The translations under genes were made by a program, and so were the position numbers. From NCBI GenBank assembly GCA_026936335.1, contig JAPMXV010000005.1, positions 186,001 through 250,000 on the forward strand: DNA of 64,000 nucleotides, in the 5' to 3' direction. Under the pieces are notes generated by a model. The model was given only the letters and a program-made list of their open reading frames with translations. It did no database searches and was not told where the DNA came from. This document shows positions 18,986-31,246 of the stretch, piece after piece. Position 1 is the stretch's first letter, and each line of letters opens with the position of its first letter. Source of the DNA: Mantamonas sphyraenae STR306 (Eukaryota; Protista; CRuMs).

Positions 18986-21900
18986 TCACAACTCCCCTCG
19001 AAGTCGTGCAAACACATCCTTGCTGCGGGTCAACGAATTCCTATCTAGTGCCGTGTTTGCACGCTGCCTCGTCGCTGGCGGCGTCTCCGTCGTCCTCCGC
19101 GACCGCGCACTCAGTGTCCCTCCTCCACTCCCATTCCGTGCCGTCACAGATAACCCTGCGCCCCCCGACGACCCTCCACCGCCCCCGCCTCCTCCTCCTC
19201 CTGTCGACCTCCCTCCGCCACTCTGCGGCGTCGTAGCACGTGCCGACCCGTTCGACGAACGTCCGCTCGCCAACGCCTCCATCCACTCTTCCTCGTCGTT
19301 CTTGTCCGTGCGTGAGCTCACAAGGCCACGTGCACTCAAGCGTGCACTCAACGACCCACGTCGTGGCTCGTCCTCTGATAGGGTGCTCAGTGTGCTCCTC
19401 TTGCTCGTTGACCCGCTGTAGTTGTTCTGTTCCTCTTCCGCCGCCGCCTCTGCCGCTGCCTTGTCCCGTGCGCTTTTCACCAATCGCTCCAACGCACTCT
19501 CTTCCTTGTACCCACCCGCACCCGCCCTATCATTCGTTGTGCTTGAACGTCGCCGTCCAAACAGCCGCGACATCGTCCCACCCAGTGTCCGCTTGCCACT
19601 GCCCGCCGGTCCCTTGTTCAACGCCTCCTTTTCTGCACTCCCTCGTCGCACCCCAATCGTCTTGCCCCTCTGCGGCGAGTACCCACTCTCCCCCGACTCC
19701 TTCTTCGTCCCACTTGTACGTCCAATCTCACTGTCGTCCCGCGACATCACACGGTGCAAAGGACGCGACGACAACCTCTCCTTGGTCTCTGTACCCACCT
19801 CACTGTCGTCTCGCGATCGCCCCGTTGACCTTCCCGTCGACACAGGCGACACCTCGGTGTGTTTGCTCGCCTTTAGCTTCGCCGCCTCCTGTGCCTTCCT
19901 CGCCTCCTCCTCCTCCTCTTCTTCTGCCAGTGCCTTTTTCATCGCCACCGCCTTCTTCCGGTCCAGCGTCGTCATTTTGGACAACTCAATGTCCGGCACC
20001 ATCGGCGGCTTCTTGCTCAGCGTGCCGTAGTTGTTCCTTGCGTGAGGCAGACGCTCCGGGTACTCTTCGTCCTCATCGTCTGTTATCGACTCGTACGATC
20101 CCAACTCGTCGTCGCTGTCGAAGCTCGACGTCGATCGTGGCGTGTCCTCCTCATCCCCATTCTCCTCGTTCTCCCTCTCCTCCACGGCCTCCAACTTTGG
20201 CACCAGCTGTGCCACACGCTTCTCCTTGCTGATCTTTGGCCGTGGCACATACATGATCCCACGGTTGCGCATAAACTCATTTGGTCCCGTGTCCCCATCA
20301 TCGTCCTTCTCATCCACCTCCCATTCATCCTGGATCACAATCGGTCCGTCGCTCTCCTCCTCCTGCCTCTTTTGCGACTCACGCAACACACGTTCCGTAC
20401 GCTCCTGCCTCGTCTCTCGTCGTGGTATGGCTGGGGCTGGCACACGTGGTCGCAACCCCGCTTCCTCACGAGACTCCACCGTCCGGCTTCGCCTGCGCTG
20501 TGCGTGTGCCCCGCGCTCCAACAAATCGTTCAGTTTGCCTCCACCCAACATCGCTGCAAGCTGTGTCTCTGCGTCTCCCCCCAGGCTGATCGTCGATCTC
20601 TTTTTGTCCATGTCCATCACCCTCTTCTTTGGATCCGCTCGCGCCGGCGCCGTCGTCGTCTCTGATTTTTCCGTCCCTGCCGCAGCCTGCTTCTTCTCCT
20701 TGTTGATCTTTGGCCGTGGCACATACATGATTCCACGGTTGCGCATAAACTCGTTTGGTCCCGTGTCCCCATCGTCGTCCTTCTCCTCCACCTCCCATTC
20801 ATCCTGGATCACAATCGGTCCGTCGCTCTCCTCTTCCTGCCTCTTTTGTGCCTCACGCAACACACGTTCTGTACGCTCCTGCCTCGTTTCACGCTTGTTC
20901 ACCAGAGGTGATCCACCAGGTGGTGGTGCTGGTGCCTTGCGCCGCGGTCGGTTTGGCACATCCTGCGACTCAGACTCGTCCTCCTCCAACCCTGCCTCCA
21001 AATCCTCTCCATCTTCCTCATCCTTCTTCCCTGTCTTGTTTGACCCGCCCAGCTGCGCCACACGCTTGTCCTTGCTCAGCTTCGGCCGTGGCACATACAT
21101 GATTCCACGGTTGCGCATAAACTCATTCGGTCCTTCCTCTCCATCATCGTCCTTCTCATCCACCTCCCATTCATCCTGGATCACAATCGGTCCGTCACTC
21201 TCCTCCTCCTGCCTCTTTTGCGCCTCACGCAACACACGCTCCGTGCGCTCCTGCCTCGTCTCTCTGCGTGCTGGCTCCCCACCCTGCTTCTTCTCCTTGT
21301 TGATCTTTGGCCGTGGCACATACATGATTCCACGGTTGCGCATAAACTCATTTGGTCCCGCGTCCCCATCATCGTCCTTCTCCTCCACCTCCCATTCATC
21401 CTGGATCACAATCGGTCCGTCGCTCTCCTCCTCCTGCCTCTTTTGCGACTCACGCAACACACGTTCTGTACGCTCCTGCCTCGTCTCCTTGCTCCTTCCC
21501 TTCTTGTTCCTCAGGTTAGGCTTGGGTGCTGCTGACGACGCCCTGCCCCGCTGCAGCATGGACATCTCCAGGTGGGGTGCAGGCGACAGAAAGTCGCTCT
21601 TGGACCCGCGCGTCCCACCCTGGCTCTGCCCACCCCCCTGGCCCTCCCCATCGCCACCAGAGTCTTCCATCGATGCACGTGCTCCCTCTGTGTGCACGTC
21701 TGCCTTTGCCTTTTTCTTGGCTTCCTGCGACAGCGACTGCATCAACGACTTTGCTCCTCCCTTGTTCCTCCCTGCTGCACTGCGGTTCAGTGTGCCCCTG
21801 CCCATCCCCAATCCCGTCAACTCCAGCTTCGGCACATCCGACGGCGACCCGCTCCCGCTCCTGCCGCCGCCGCCGCTGCCCGTCGACGCCTCGTCTCCAG

Positions 21901-24900
21901 GCAACCCCCGTGTCGGTGTGCTCATGCGTGCATCTGCCACACCCTCGCTGATGTCCACTCCAATCGATCCAAGCTCCTGAATCTTGCTGATTGCCCCTCC
22001 CAGCAGTTTCTTGTACCGTGCGTTGTTCTTGGGATAAAACTTGGCTGTAAACTCCAGCACATCGCTAAAGTGGCTCTTGTCAATCAGTTCCACACGCATG
22101 GCATGCATGTTCTTGGCCAGCTTCCGCACTTTCAGTGCCACCTCGTGTGTCTGGTCCACCAGCACATTGCCCTCATTCCGCACCTTGATCAGCTGTTTCG
22201 TCGCCTCGTCCCCACGCGACTCCATGCTCTTGCCATACCGCTGCACCACCTGCATGATCTCCTTGATCCGTCCCTTGTGTCCATACAGCTCCGACGCTGC
22301 CTGGCTCAATTTTTGCGCACGTGCCTTGCAATTGTGTGCGTGCCTTCCCATCTTTCCGCTTGACTGCTCCATCACCTCCAACAGATTCGCCACAGTGTCC
22401 ATCACATCCCGCAGCATCTCCTTGTTCTCCTTTTCCATCGGCTTCTTGAAATTGAATGTTTCCAACCGTGCGTCCAGGTCTGCCAGCTCCCCGCGCGCCA
22501 CACTCTCCAACGCCTCGCTCAACGGTCCCGCAAACTTGCTGTGCGACGAAAACGAGCCCAGCACACTCTCCAGGTCGTTCATGATGGTTGTTCGTTCCAC
22601 CTGCACCGCTTCGTACTGTGTAAACACCTCGTTGAGCACCTTGGCAAGACCTCGCCTGCGTTCCTCCAACGCCTCCTGCCATGCCTCCACCTCCCGCTTG
22701 ACGTTGCCTGCGCGTTGCAACAGACCACGCACATTGCTCGACTCCAGTTGTACCACCAGCTGCTTCAGGTTTTCGTGGTTGTCCACACACGTCTGCATGG
22801 ACGCGTCTGCCAGGGTCAACTCGTTCTGCACGCGCTTCACCGCCTCCCGAAACAGGCCTTGCGTGCGCGAACGGATCTCTGTAAACTTGCGTGCCACAAT
22901 GGACACCTCCTGTTGTGTCGAGGGCATCACTCCCTGCAACACCGCCCAGCAGTTGCACACGTCGTCGATCTCCAGATACAATTCGGACAATTCCGCGCTC
23001 AGCACGGCCCCTGCCGTCCTGTTCTCCCTCTGGAACGTCTCCAGCGTGCCCACATTGCTAATGATTTGCTGCGAGTGCTCACGCAGATTCATCGACGCCG
23101 TCTCCAGCTGATGGATCACCTTGTTGCACTCGATCAGCGTCGTCGCCGTCCCAGCGTTGGTCACCTTCATGTGCACCTGCATCGTGCTCTCCGACGACGC
23201 CTGCAACGCCCTCCCCGCACGCATGATCTCCTCCAGTCGTTCGTACGTCTCTGTCGTAAACTCCTGTCCAAACGCCTCCACCATGGCCACCAACTCGTCG
23301 TACTCGCCGGCAATCACCTCGGTACTCTCAAACAGTTCGTTCACCTCCTCCACACTCACCTGCGGCCGAGGTGTCGCTCCCGTCGACGTACCACCACTCA
23401 GCGTGCCCCGGGTGTCGACGACCCATTGCCACCCGTGCTGTTGCCCGACCCAACAGCGGCTCTGCAGGCGGCACATACGCCTTGTTCAACTTGCGCAGAC
23501 CCACCACCGCCGCCAGGTTGTGAAATTCCTTGGGCAGTTGCATGCTCAGGCGCATTGACTCCATCAGATCCTCAAGGGTCGTCTTGCCCGTCTCCAGCGA
23601 CTTTGCCGTTTCCGTCATGCTTGGCACCACCTGCAACAGATCTGCACGCACAGCCACAAGCCGTGTCTTGACCATTCCCACCTGGTCTGGAAACTCTCGC
23701 TTCTTCTTGGTGCCCAACAGGGTCTGTGTGGTCGACACGACGTCCTTCAACACAGGCAGCTGCTCGTCCACCACACTCTGCTGGCTGCCCAGCTTGTCCA
23801 TCAGCTCCAACGAGTCCGAACGCACCTGTACAAGTGTCTCGCACACAATCTTGTTGCGCTTTCGTCCCCCGTCCAACCATTGCAGCAGTTGCTGCATGTT
23901 TCGCTGTGCAAAATCCCTAAACTTGGCCTGTGCCGTCAGTGCCGTCTCCACCAGTTGGTAATTGGCTGCCGCACGTGTCTTGAGCTCATCCACACGTTCC
24001 GCCTCCATCCCACTCTCCAGAGCATCCCACGCATCCGCAAACGCAGACACATCCAACATGTTCTGCTTCAACGCTCCCGTCAGCTCGGAGTGTGCCTGTG
24101 TGTGTGCCTCCTCCGCCACACGCATCATATCCAACAGACTCCGTTCCACCTCGTCCAACCTCACCGTCAGCGTCTCCAGAAGTTCCTCCACCGCCTTCCA
24201 CGCCTCGTCCACCGTCTCCTCCACCTCCTGTCGCGTCTCTGGATCCACTTCGATTGTCAACAGCTCCATCCCATCCTCCTCCAATTCCTCCAGATCATTC
24301 ACAGACACCAACGAGTCCAACGAATTGCGCAGCGGCTTGTCCACATGCTCCGCAAACCGTTTGGCAAACGATCCTGGTCGAAGATGCGCCACCTCTGCCC
24401 CCGTTTCCTCCTCTGCTGGCCCTGACTCGCCATCCCGTGCCCTCTTTCCATCTTCCCTGTTGTTCTTTGTGTCTGTGCTTCCCTCTTGCCTCCTCTTCTG
24501 CTCCAATTCCACCTCCTCAGCCGCAAGTCTCATCAATTCCGCCTGATCATCCACCCCGCTGTCCCTGCTTGCCGATCCTCGGTACGATGGTGTGTGGATG
24601 GAACTGTCGCGACGGTCGTCCACAAACGCCTCTGCCCCGTCTGGCCGACCCATGAGCACACCCACACCCACACCGGATGTGGTTTGCGGCGGCGATTGCG
24701 AACTCGACAACCCACCGGGCGACGATGACGTCGAACTGTCTGTGCTTGTCGACGATGCAAACGAACGAAACGTCCCATGTGTGGCTGTGTTGGCGCGTGA
24801 GCCACCCACCCCGTAGGTGCCGCTACCGGGCCGCCCGGAATTCTTTTCCGGTGTGCTTGCAAGCGACCCAGAGCTTCCATACCGCTGCTCCTGGCTGTCC

Positions 24901-25619
24901 CCTCGATGAAACCCTCTGTCCAGCCCCGGGCCCTTTGTACTGTATCCCGCCCCTCCTCCTCCTCCTCCACTCCGCTGGTTTGCTTCCAGCATCACGTGCA
25001 GCCGCTGCAGCTCCCGTGCTTGCTCGTCCAGCCGCGCCAAAATAGGCCCCAGAGTGCCACTATTTCCGCCCCTGGAGCGTCCATGGCTTCTTCCACGGCT
25101 ACCTCCATAGCTGCTTCCACTGCTTGCGTTCGACCCTTGTCCATCGCTATCGTCGTCGCTGTCCGCTGGGCCCACTCCGTTGCGGATTTGCGCTTTCAAG
25201 CTCGTGTTGATGTCTTCGCTCAGCTTCAGTTGTTCCCGCAGCTTGGCTTCGCGTGCCTCGCTCCGGATGGCCTCGGGGTCCTCTGCATACGACGATCGAT
25301 AGTGGTTTGATGCCACCAGATGTTTCTTGAAGCACAGGTCACATGTGCACGTCAGCGGGTGGTCCAACGAGTGTTGCTTGGCCAGGTACGCCAACGCGTC
25401 CTTCGGCGCCTCTTTCGCCTCCTCCACACGCTCCTTCAGTGTGCGCAGACGTTCCAAAAGGTACGAAAACTTTTCTCCGCGCAAGTCCATCTCCCGCTGC
25501 GACTCACGCAGCCGTTCGTGAAGCACCGTGAGTGTGGTGTCCGTTTGTTTGATGTCCGCCATGTAGTCTGCCATCAGCGCCGCAAACCGGTCGCCCAGTT
25601 CACGATCACCCGATGCCAT
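18986..25619 (-). CDS. Very large coiled-coil/low-complexity protein of unknown function with four internal ~66-aa repeats
   Basis: ORFs 23328-25862 (ATG at 25619, MASGDREL) and 18986-23476 join through frameshifts at ~23410-23462. Long heptad regions; N-terminal HPLTCTCDLCFKKH motif. Confidence 0.7.
20220..21490 (-). repeat. Four near-identical ~200-bp coding repeats (~20220-20423, 20694-20893, 21065-21268, 21290-21490)
   Basis: Each encodes ETRQERTERVLRE(S/A)QKRQEEESDGPIVIQDEWEV(E/D)EKDDDGxxGPNEFMRNRGIMYVPRPK. Confidence 0.95.
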
Positions 25620-25922
25620 GGCTTCTATATGTCCTTTGTATAAATATGCACCCGTGCGTCGCCTGCTCTTGGATCGATGTGCAACAGAGAAGAGAGAACA
25701 CACCGGGTCCGTTTTTTGGTTCACCGTTCGCACGTGCTTCCATCCCTCACTGACACGTTGACTCTTTGGGACTGTCTGGAATGCCTCATTCCATCCATCA
25801 AACCATGTGCATTGCACCACCAGTCCACAGGAATGCTTCTTGGTCAAATGCCCACTTGCCAAACACCACGGCCCCCTACATGGTCCAATCCATCCCCGTC
25901 ACCCACACCAATATTCTTCTGC

Positions 25923-28900
25923 ATGTCTATTCGTGGTTTTTGGCTCATTGCAAGTGTGGCGTGTCTTGTCATGGTCACTGGCACCCGTGTGGGGCCGGCA
26001 AACTTGCAAGCACCCACACACACACACGCGGAGACACACGCCTCACAACAACCCATCCCATCCTCATCTCTACTCTTGGGCACAACCAATCCCCAGGTCA
26101 CACGCGTGTCCCCTCGTTCTGTCGACCGGGAGGGTGGTTTTCTCCAAATCCACGGGTCTGCGTTGTCGGACGGCGGGTCCACAGCGCAGAGTCTGGTGCG
26201 CCTGGAGTTGCGAGACACACAGAATGTGGTGCGCATTGTGCAAGAAGGCAATTGCAAGGTGTTGGACAGCGACACGGTGCAGTGCGCCTTCTCCAGGCTG
26301 CCGTCCACGGGAGAGGCAAAAATCGCGTACTCGAAGGATGGCGGACTGACCTTCTGGAGCACGCAGCCCACAGCTGCCACCGTGGTTGTGGTCAACAACC
26401 GCTCTCCGTTCTGTACCAACAAGCAGGAACTGGATGTCTCCAAGCAGTTGCGTGAAGAGCGTGGCGAGCCATTCTATTTGCCGAGTTTGCTGTCCACAGG
26501 GGACATGAACATCAGCGCGCACAGCCCCTGGGACGCCGGTGTGCACGACACTGGCGTACAGGACATCCAAAACGGAGAGGTGTGCTGTTTGTCCGCCTCA
26601 CGCAACATCAGTCGGTGTGGGATCTTTCTGGATGCCTTGCAGGACAACATCATCACTGTGAGCAACACCAGTGCGTCGCCCGTGTATGCGGTGCAGGCTG
26701 TGGTGGCTTGGTCCAAACCTTGTCGATCCACACCCTCCTCCTACGACTTTGAGGTGCGTCAACACGATGGGCAGTGGAAACCGCTCATCACGCGACGCCT
26801 GTGCAGTGTCATCAATGGCGACCAGTCCAGGTATACCATCTGTGTGGACATGTTTGATCCCGTGGTTTTGTTTCACTTTCGCATGGTGGTGCGCAACAAC
26901 TCCCTGACCGCGTTGGCGCAGAAGCAGGACGCACCCATCCTTCGTCTGGTGGAGTTTGAACTGCGAGGCGTGCCTGTTCTTCGTCCGTTCACCGTCTCCC
27001 TGTCCTTCTGTCCACCCCACTACAACAACATCACGCACAGCAACTCCCACACCCAGCTCCCCTGTCTCCTGGCCCAGCTGCAAAGTGTCACGGGCCAGTC
27101 CCTTGCCCAGGCTGGTGTCTGGGTCCGAATGACCTGCCGTGGCATGTCCCACTCGCTGCCTACAGACTCGCGTGGCATTGCCAACTTCACTGGCACCGAT
27201 GTGGGTGGCCACCTGCGCGCAGGACCCGTCGACGTCGCTGTCGACTTGGATCCACGCAACGCCGTCAACATGAGCACCCCTGTGCCTGCGGTCCACACAA
27301 GCGTGACTGTGGTACCGGGCGTGGCTGTGAGTGCCCGCGTGCAGGTCATTGAACTTGCCTCTGCAGCAGGCAGCGGCGACAACATCACCGTGTCGCACAT
27401 CCAGACTCGTGTGGCCGCCAACGTCCAGCTTGGCGAACGCTACGTGGTCAAAGTGACCCTGTTGGACCATGGGGGCAACTCGGTGGGAACCCATGACAGT
27501 GTTCCATCACGCAAGGTCACTATTGTCCTCACAGCTGCCCCGCCGTCCTCCTCCCCGCAACAACCGCTTCTGGTGGGCAGTGCCCCCACCCACGGCGGGG
27601 AGGTTGAAGTGACCAACATGCACCTCCATCTGCCTTCGGTGGGTGCCCACATCCTGCACATCACTGTGCAAGGACTCGACCAAGCACACCTGGACATTCC
27701 CCTCACGGTGACCCCGGGCGTGCCAACACGTGTCCTCCTCGAGAACCCCACTGTGTTTCGTGACTTTGACGCACGTGTGCTCCCTTCCTTTGACGTGTCC
27801 CTCGAAGACCCAGGCGCAAACCCCATCCAGTGTCTTGATCTGGGACCTCACGTGCATGCCAAGGGCTCCCTTGTCTTTGACAACTCAGCACGTGTGCCAA
27901 TCACCCTCGCTGCCACCCATGGAGGCGTTCGATGCGTCATCTCCCTTCAACGTGACACCAAGGTGGCTGCAGACGACCTGCGGCAACAGGCGTCCTACAC
28001 CGTGCAGCTGGTCCTCGATGTAGAGGACAACACCGGCACCACACACACGGTGCGCACTCTGTTTCCCGCCCATACCATCGATTGCTCCGTGGCATATGGG
28101 GGCAACGACCTCTTTGTGGCCGTCAACAGCACAGAGAACCACGGATGTGCGTGTGCCCCAGGCAACTTCTTTGCCGACAACCGCTGCCAGCTCTGTCCCG
28201 TCGACGAGTTCAAAGACGAGGCCTCTCTCGTGTCCCGCTGTATCCCATGTCCCTATGGCTCCACACAGGGGCTCAAGGGGGTCAAGAGCAACACTGGATG
28301 CAAGTGCGACTCGGATCAGTTCCTCTCTGACCGCCGATGCAAACCCTGCCCCCCCAACTTTGTTTGCAACGGCCTGCGCTTTGAAGCCAAGGCCGGCTAC
28401 TACCCAAGTGACATCCATGCCAACGTCTCCTATCCCTGTCCACAGGCAACCGCATGCCTGCAGGGAGGGGGCTGCAGCACAGGCCACCAGGGTGTGCTGT
28501 GCAGCAGCTGTTCCCATGGCTTCGGTCAGTCGGGTTTCGATTGCCTGCCCTGTGGTGACCAGGGATGGAATGTGGCCATTGTGGTGCTCAGTGCTCTCGC
28601 TGCCGTGGTTGTCCTCGTCCTCTTTGTGCGCGTGTACCTGGAACCCACAAAGGCGTCCACGGCAAGCACTGTCGACGATGGGTTCTGGCGTGCTGACCCT
28701 GTCTTGGTCGTCAAACTGGCCTTGAATCACCTCCAGGCCCTAAGCGTCCTCTCTGCGCTTCGTGTGCGTTGGTCCGATTCTGCAAACAGCCTCTTTGCCA
28801 TCAGCGAAACCGCAAACGTGTCGGTCGGTCCCTTTCTGCCCTTCAACTGTGCCTTCAACAATCCCACCGTTGTCGATCGCTTCTTCTCGTACATCGGCCT

Positions 28901-29834
28901 GCCTGCTGGCTCCATCCTCATAGCCATGGTCACCACCCTGGTCCGACGCTTGAGGCGTGGCGATGGCATGACCCTGCACAAGGCCTGGCGCCTCATGTAC
29001 GAACGTCTCATGCCTGTCGTCCGCATTGTCATCTTTCTCATCCATCTCACCGTTCTGCGATCCGCCCTCGATGTCCTCACAGGCTGCAGGCAATTCGGCA
29101 CCCAGCGTGTCCTCCAGGCAGACACACGCCTCCACTGCGACAACCCAGACTTTCAGGTGCAGCAAGTCTTTGTGGGCATCTTTGCATTCATCGCATGCAT
29201 TGTCTCTCCCCTCTGGGTCCTCTACTCCCTCAACAGACTCGGGCACAAAGGCATGCTCGGTGATCAGGAGGTCTGGAACGGATACCACTTCTTCTACGAG
29301 TCATACCTGGTCCATCGCTACTGGTACGACTGGGTGATCCTCGCGCGCAAGAGTGCCCTCGTGTTTGTGGCGGTTACCATTTCCGAGGCGCCTCTTGTGC
29401 AGCTGTACGCAGGCTCCACCGTCATGCTCATCTCCCTGGTGGTCCAACAGTGGCTCTCTCCGTTTCGCTATTGGGTCCTCACGGTCATCGAGAACCTCAG
29501 TCTCATGGTTGTGCTGGCTTCCATGCAAACGTGTATGCTCGTGGTTGAGAGTGGCCCTGAATCCTGGCAGAACCAGCTTGCCTCGATCATTCTCATCACC
29601 CTCAATGCCCTCTTTATGGTCGTGGTCACAGTGATGGCCATTGTCCTTGGCGTGCGTCAGCTGCGCGACTACGCTGCCACCTACATGGACCAACGCCGTG
29701 CCAAGGAGCTCTCTGAACTCGCACGTGGCGATGCAACAGAGAGCGAACGTGAGGTTAGCAGCCAATGGGATAGGCTGGGAGGTGACTTTAGCCGCAGCTC
29801 ACGCATGAGGCTGTTGGACGGCAACGAGCGATGA
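25923..29834 (+). CDS. Surface membrane protein (IPT, discoidin-like, Ig-like, Cys-rich, multi-TM); paralogue of 6202-15326
   Basis: Signal peptide MSIRGFWLIASVACLVMVTG. IPT start PQVTRVSPRSVDREGG. CQLCPVDEFK, CSTGHQGVLCSSCSHG, KLALNHLQAL, FFYESY..RYWYDWVILARKSAL. Confidence 0.85.
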   Translation: MSIRGFWLIASVACLVMVTGTRVGPANLQAPTHTHAETHASQQPIPSSSLLLGTTNPQVTRVSPRSVDREGGFLQIHGSALSDGGSTAQSLVRLELRDTQNVVRIVQEGNCKVLDSDTVQCAFSRLPSTGEAKIAYSKDGGLTFWSTQPTAATVVVVNNRSPFCTNKQELDVSKQLREERGEPFYLPSLLSTGDMNISAHSPWDAGVHDTGVQDIQNGEVCCLSASRNISRCGIFLDALQDNIITVSNTSASPVYAVQAVVAWSKPCRSTPSSYDFEVRQHDGQWKPLITRRLCSVINGDQSRYTICVDMFDPVVLFHFRMVVRNNSLTALAQKQDAPILRLVEFELRGVPVLRPFTVSLSFCPPHYNNITHSNSHTQLPCLLAQLQSVTGQSLAQAGVWVRMTCRGMSHSLPTDSRGIANFTGTDVGGHLRAGPVDVAVDLDPRNAVNMSTPVPAVHTSVTVVPGVAVSARVQVIELASAAGSGDNITVSHIQTRVAANVQLGERYVVKVTLLDHGGNSVGTHDSVPSRKVTIVLTAAPPSSSPQQPLLVGSAPTHGGEVEVTNMHLHLPSVGAHILHITVQGLDQAHLDIPLTVTPGVPTRVLLENPTVFRDFDARVLPSFDVSLEDPGANPIQCLDLGPHVHAKGSLVFDNSARVPITLAATHGGVRCVISLQRDTKVAADDLRQQASYTVQLVLDVEDNTGTTHTVRTLFPAHTIDCSVAYGGNDLFVAVNSTENHGCACAPGNFFADNRCQLCPVDEFKDEASLVSRCIPCPYGSTQGLKGVKSNTGCKCDSDQFLSDRRCKPCPPNFVCNGLRFEAKAGYYPSDIHANVSYPCPQATACLQGGGCSTGHQGVLCSSCSHGFGQSGFDCLPCGDQGWNVAIVVLSALAAVVVLVLFVRVYLEPTKASTASTVDDGFWRADPVLVVKLALNHLQALSVLSALRVRWSDSANSLFAISETANVSVGPFLPFNCAFNNPTVVDRFFSYIGLPAGSILIAMVTTLVRRLRRGDGMTLHKAWRLMYERLMPVVRIVIFLIHLTVLRSALDVLTGCRQFGTQRVLQADTRLHCDNPDFQVQQVFVGIFAFIACIVSPLWVLYSLNRLGHKGMLGDQEVWNGYHFFYESYLVHRYWYDWVILARKSALVFVAVTISEAPLVQLYAGSTVMLISLVVQQWLSPFRYWVLTVIENLSLMVVLASMQTCMLVVESGPESWQNQLASIILITLNALFMVVVTVMAIVLGVRQLRDYAATYMDQRRAKELSELARGDATESEREVSSQWDRLGGDFSRSSRMRLLDGNER

Positions 29835-29901
29835 GGCAGGCCAGGCGCCCAACCCGCGATCCTTGCCACCTCAACTCGAGTCAGCACAAGGAAATCCCAC
29901 A

Positions 29902-31151
29902 ATGAGCTCCAGCGAAGACCAACCCCAAATGATCTACAAGTATGAACATGGTTTTCCCTCGTGCCCGTTTGTCCACCATCGACCCGTGCGCGCAGCCGGA
30001 ATCCCTCTGTGGATCGCCCACTGACACGGATTCCGTCCTCCCACACCCCAGCTACCTGGGCAAGACCGGCCTCAAGGTCTCCGCCCTCAGCCTTGGATCG
30101 TGGCTCACGTACGGAACCAACACCGGCCAGGGTAAGTTTCCCCACGGCGGAAAAAAAAAGGGATCCGAGGCTTCCCTTGACGACAAAAAGCATTCGCTAC
30201 CCACGAGAGACTGACACCAGGAGCACCACGACCACCACAGAGGACTGCACTGCAATCATGGCCAAGGCCAAGGAGCTGGGCATCAACTTCATTGACTGCG
30301 CCGAGGTGTACGCGGCCGGCGAGGCAGAGTCGTTGGTGGGTCAGGCGATCAAGGATCTGGGCTGGGAGCGTGACGAGTTTGTGATTTCCACCAAGATCTT
30401 CTGGGGTGGGAGTGGAGTCAACCAGCGTGGTCTGTCTCGCAAGCATCTGATCGAAGGCACCCGCAAGTCGTTGAAACGTCTGCAGCTGGAGTACGTGGAT
30501 CTCCTGTTTGCCCATCGCCCGGACAACGACACACCCATGGAGGAGACTGTGCGAGCCTTCAACTACCTCATCGAAAACGGCTATGCCTTCTACTGGGGCA
30601 CCAGCGAGTGGAGCGCTCAGCAGCTGCAGGAGGCCCATGCCGTTTGCGACCGCCTGGGTCTCATCAAACCCGTCATGGAGCAGCCCGAGTACAACATGTT
30701 CAACCGCACCAAGCTGGAGAAGGACTACCTGCCCCTGTTTGCCAGCGAAGGTGGCCTGGGCACCACCACCTGGTCGCCCCTCAACTCGGGCATCCTCACG
30801 GGAAAGTACAACGATGGCATCCCTGAAGGTTCCCGTCTGTCCCAGAAGAGCTGGGTGCCCCAGATGCTTGCTGACAAGCTGCAGACCGAAGAGGGCAAGG
30901 CCAAGCTGGAAAAGGTGCGCAAGCTCACAGACCTCGCTGGCGAACTTGGATGCTCCATGGCCCAGCTTGCCGTCGCCTGGTGTGCCAAGAACCCCAACGT
31001 CAGCACCGTCATCCTTGGTGCCAGCAAGATCAGCCAGCTTGAGGAGAACGTCGGCGCTCTCCAGTTCCTTGACGCCCTCACCGACGACGTCATGGAGAAG
31101 ATCGATGCCATCCTTGACAACGCCCCCGAGCAAGAGCGCAACTGGCGTTGA
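29902..31151 (+). CDS. Aldo-keto reductase, voltage-gated K+ channel beta subunit family (3 exons)
   Basis: YLGKTGLKVSALSLGSWLTY, GINFIDCAEVYAAGEAE, ISTKIFWG, GLSRKHLIEG, AFYWGTSEWSA, TWSPLNSGILTGKY. Confidence 0.93.
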
Positions 31152-31246
31152 TTGTGTGTCTGTGTGTGGCGAGAGGAACAAAGGCAACCCAAAGATTCCC
31201 CCTCCCCGCTGCCTCCACCAACCCTGCCTCCCCGTGTGGTGTTTCC

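Noticed and set aside
20220-21490. CRISPR-like array of repeats with unique spacers
   Set aside because: Units are ~200 bp, in frame and protein-coding, in a eukaryotic gene with no cas genes.
25981-26079. Possible non-canonical (GC...GG) 99-nt intron after the signal peptide
   Set aside because: It has intron-like (CA)n composition but is in frame and stop-free, with no AG at the expected end. It cannot be told apart from coding sequence without RNA data.
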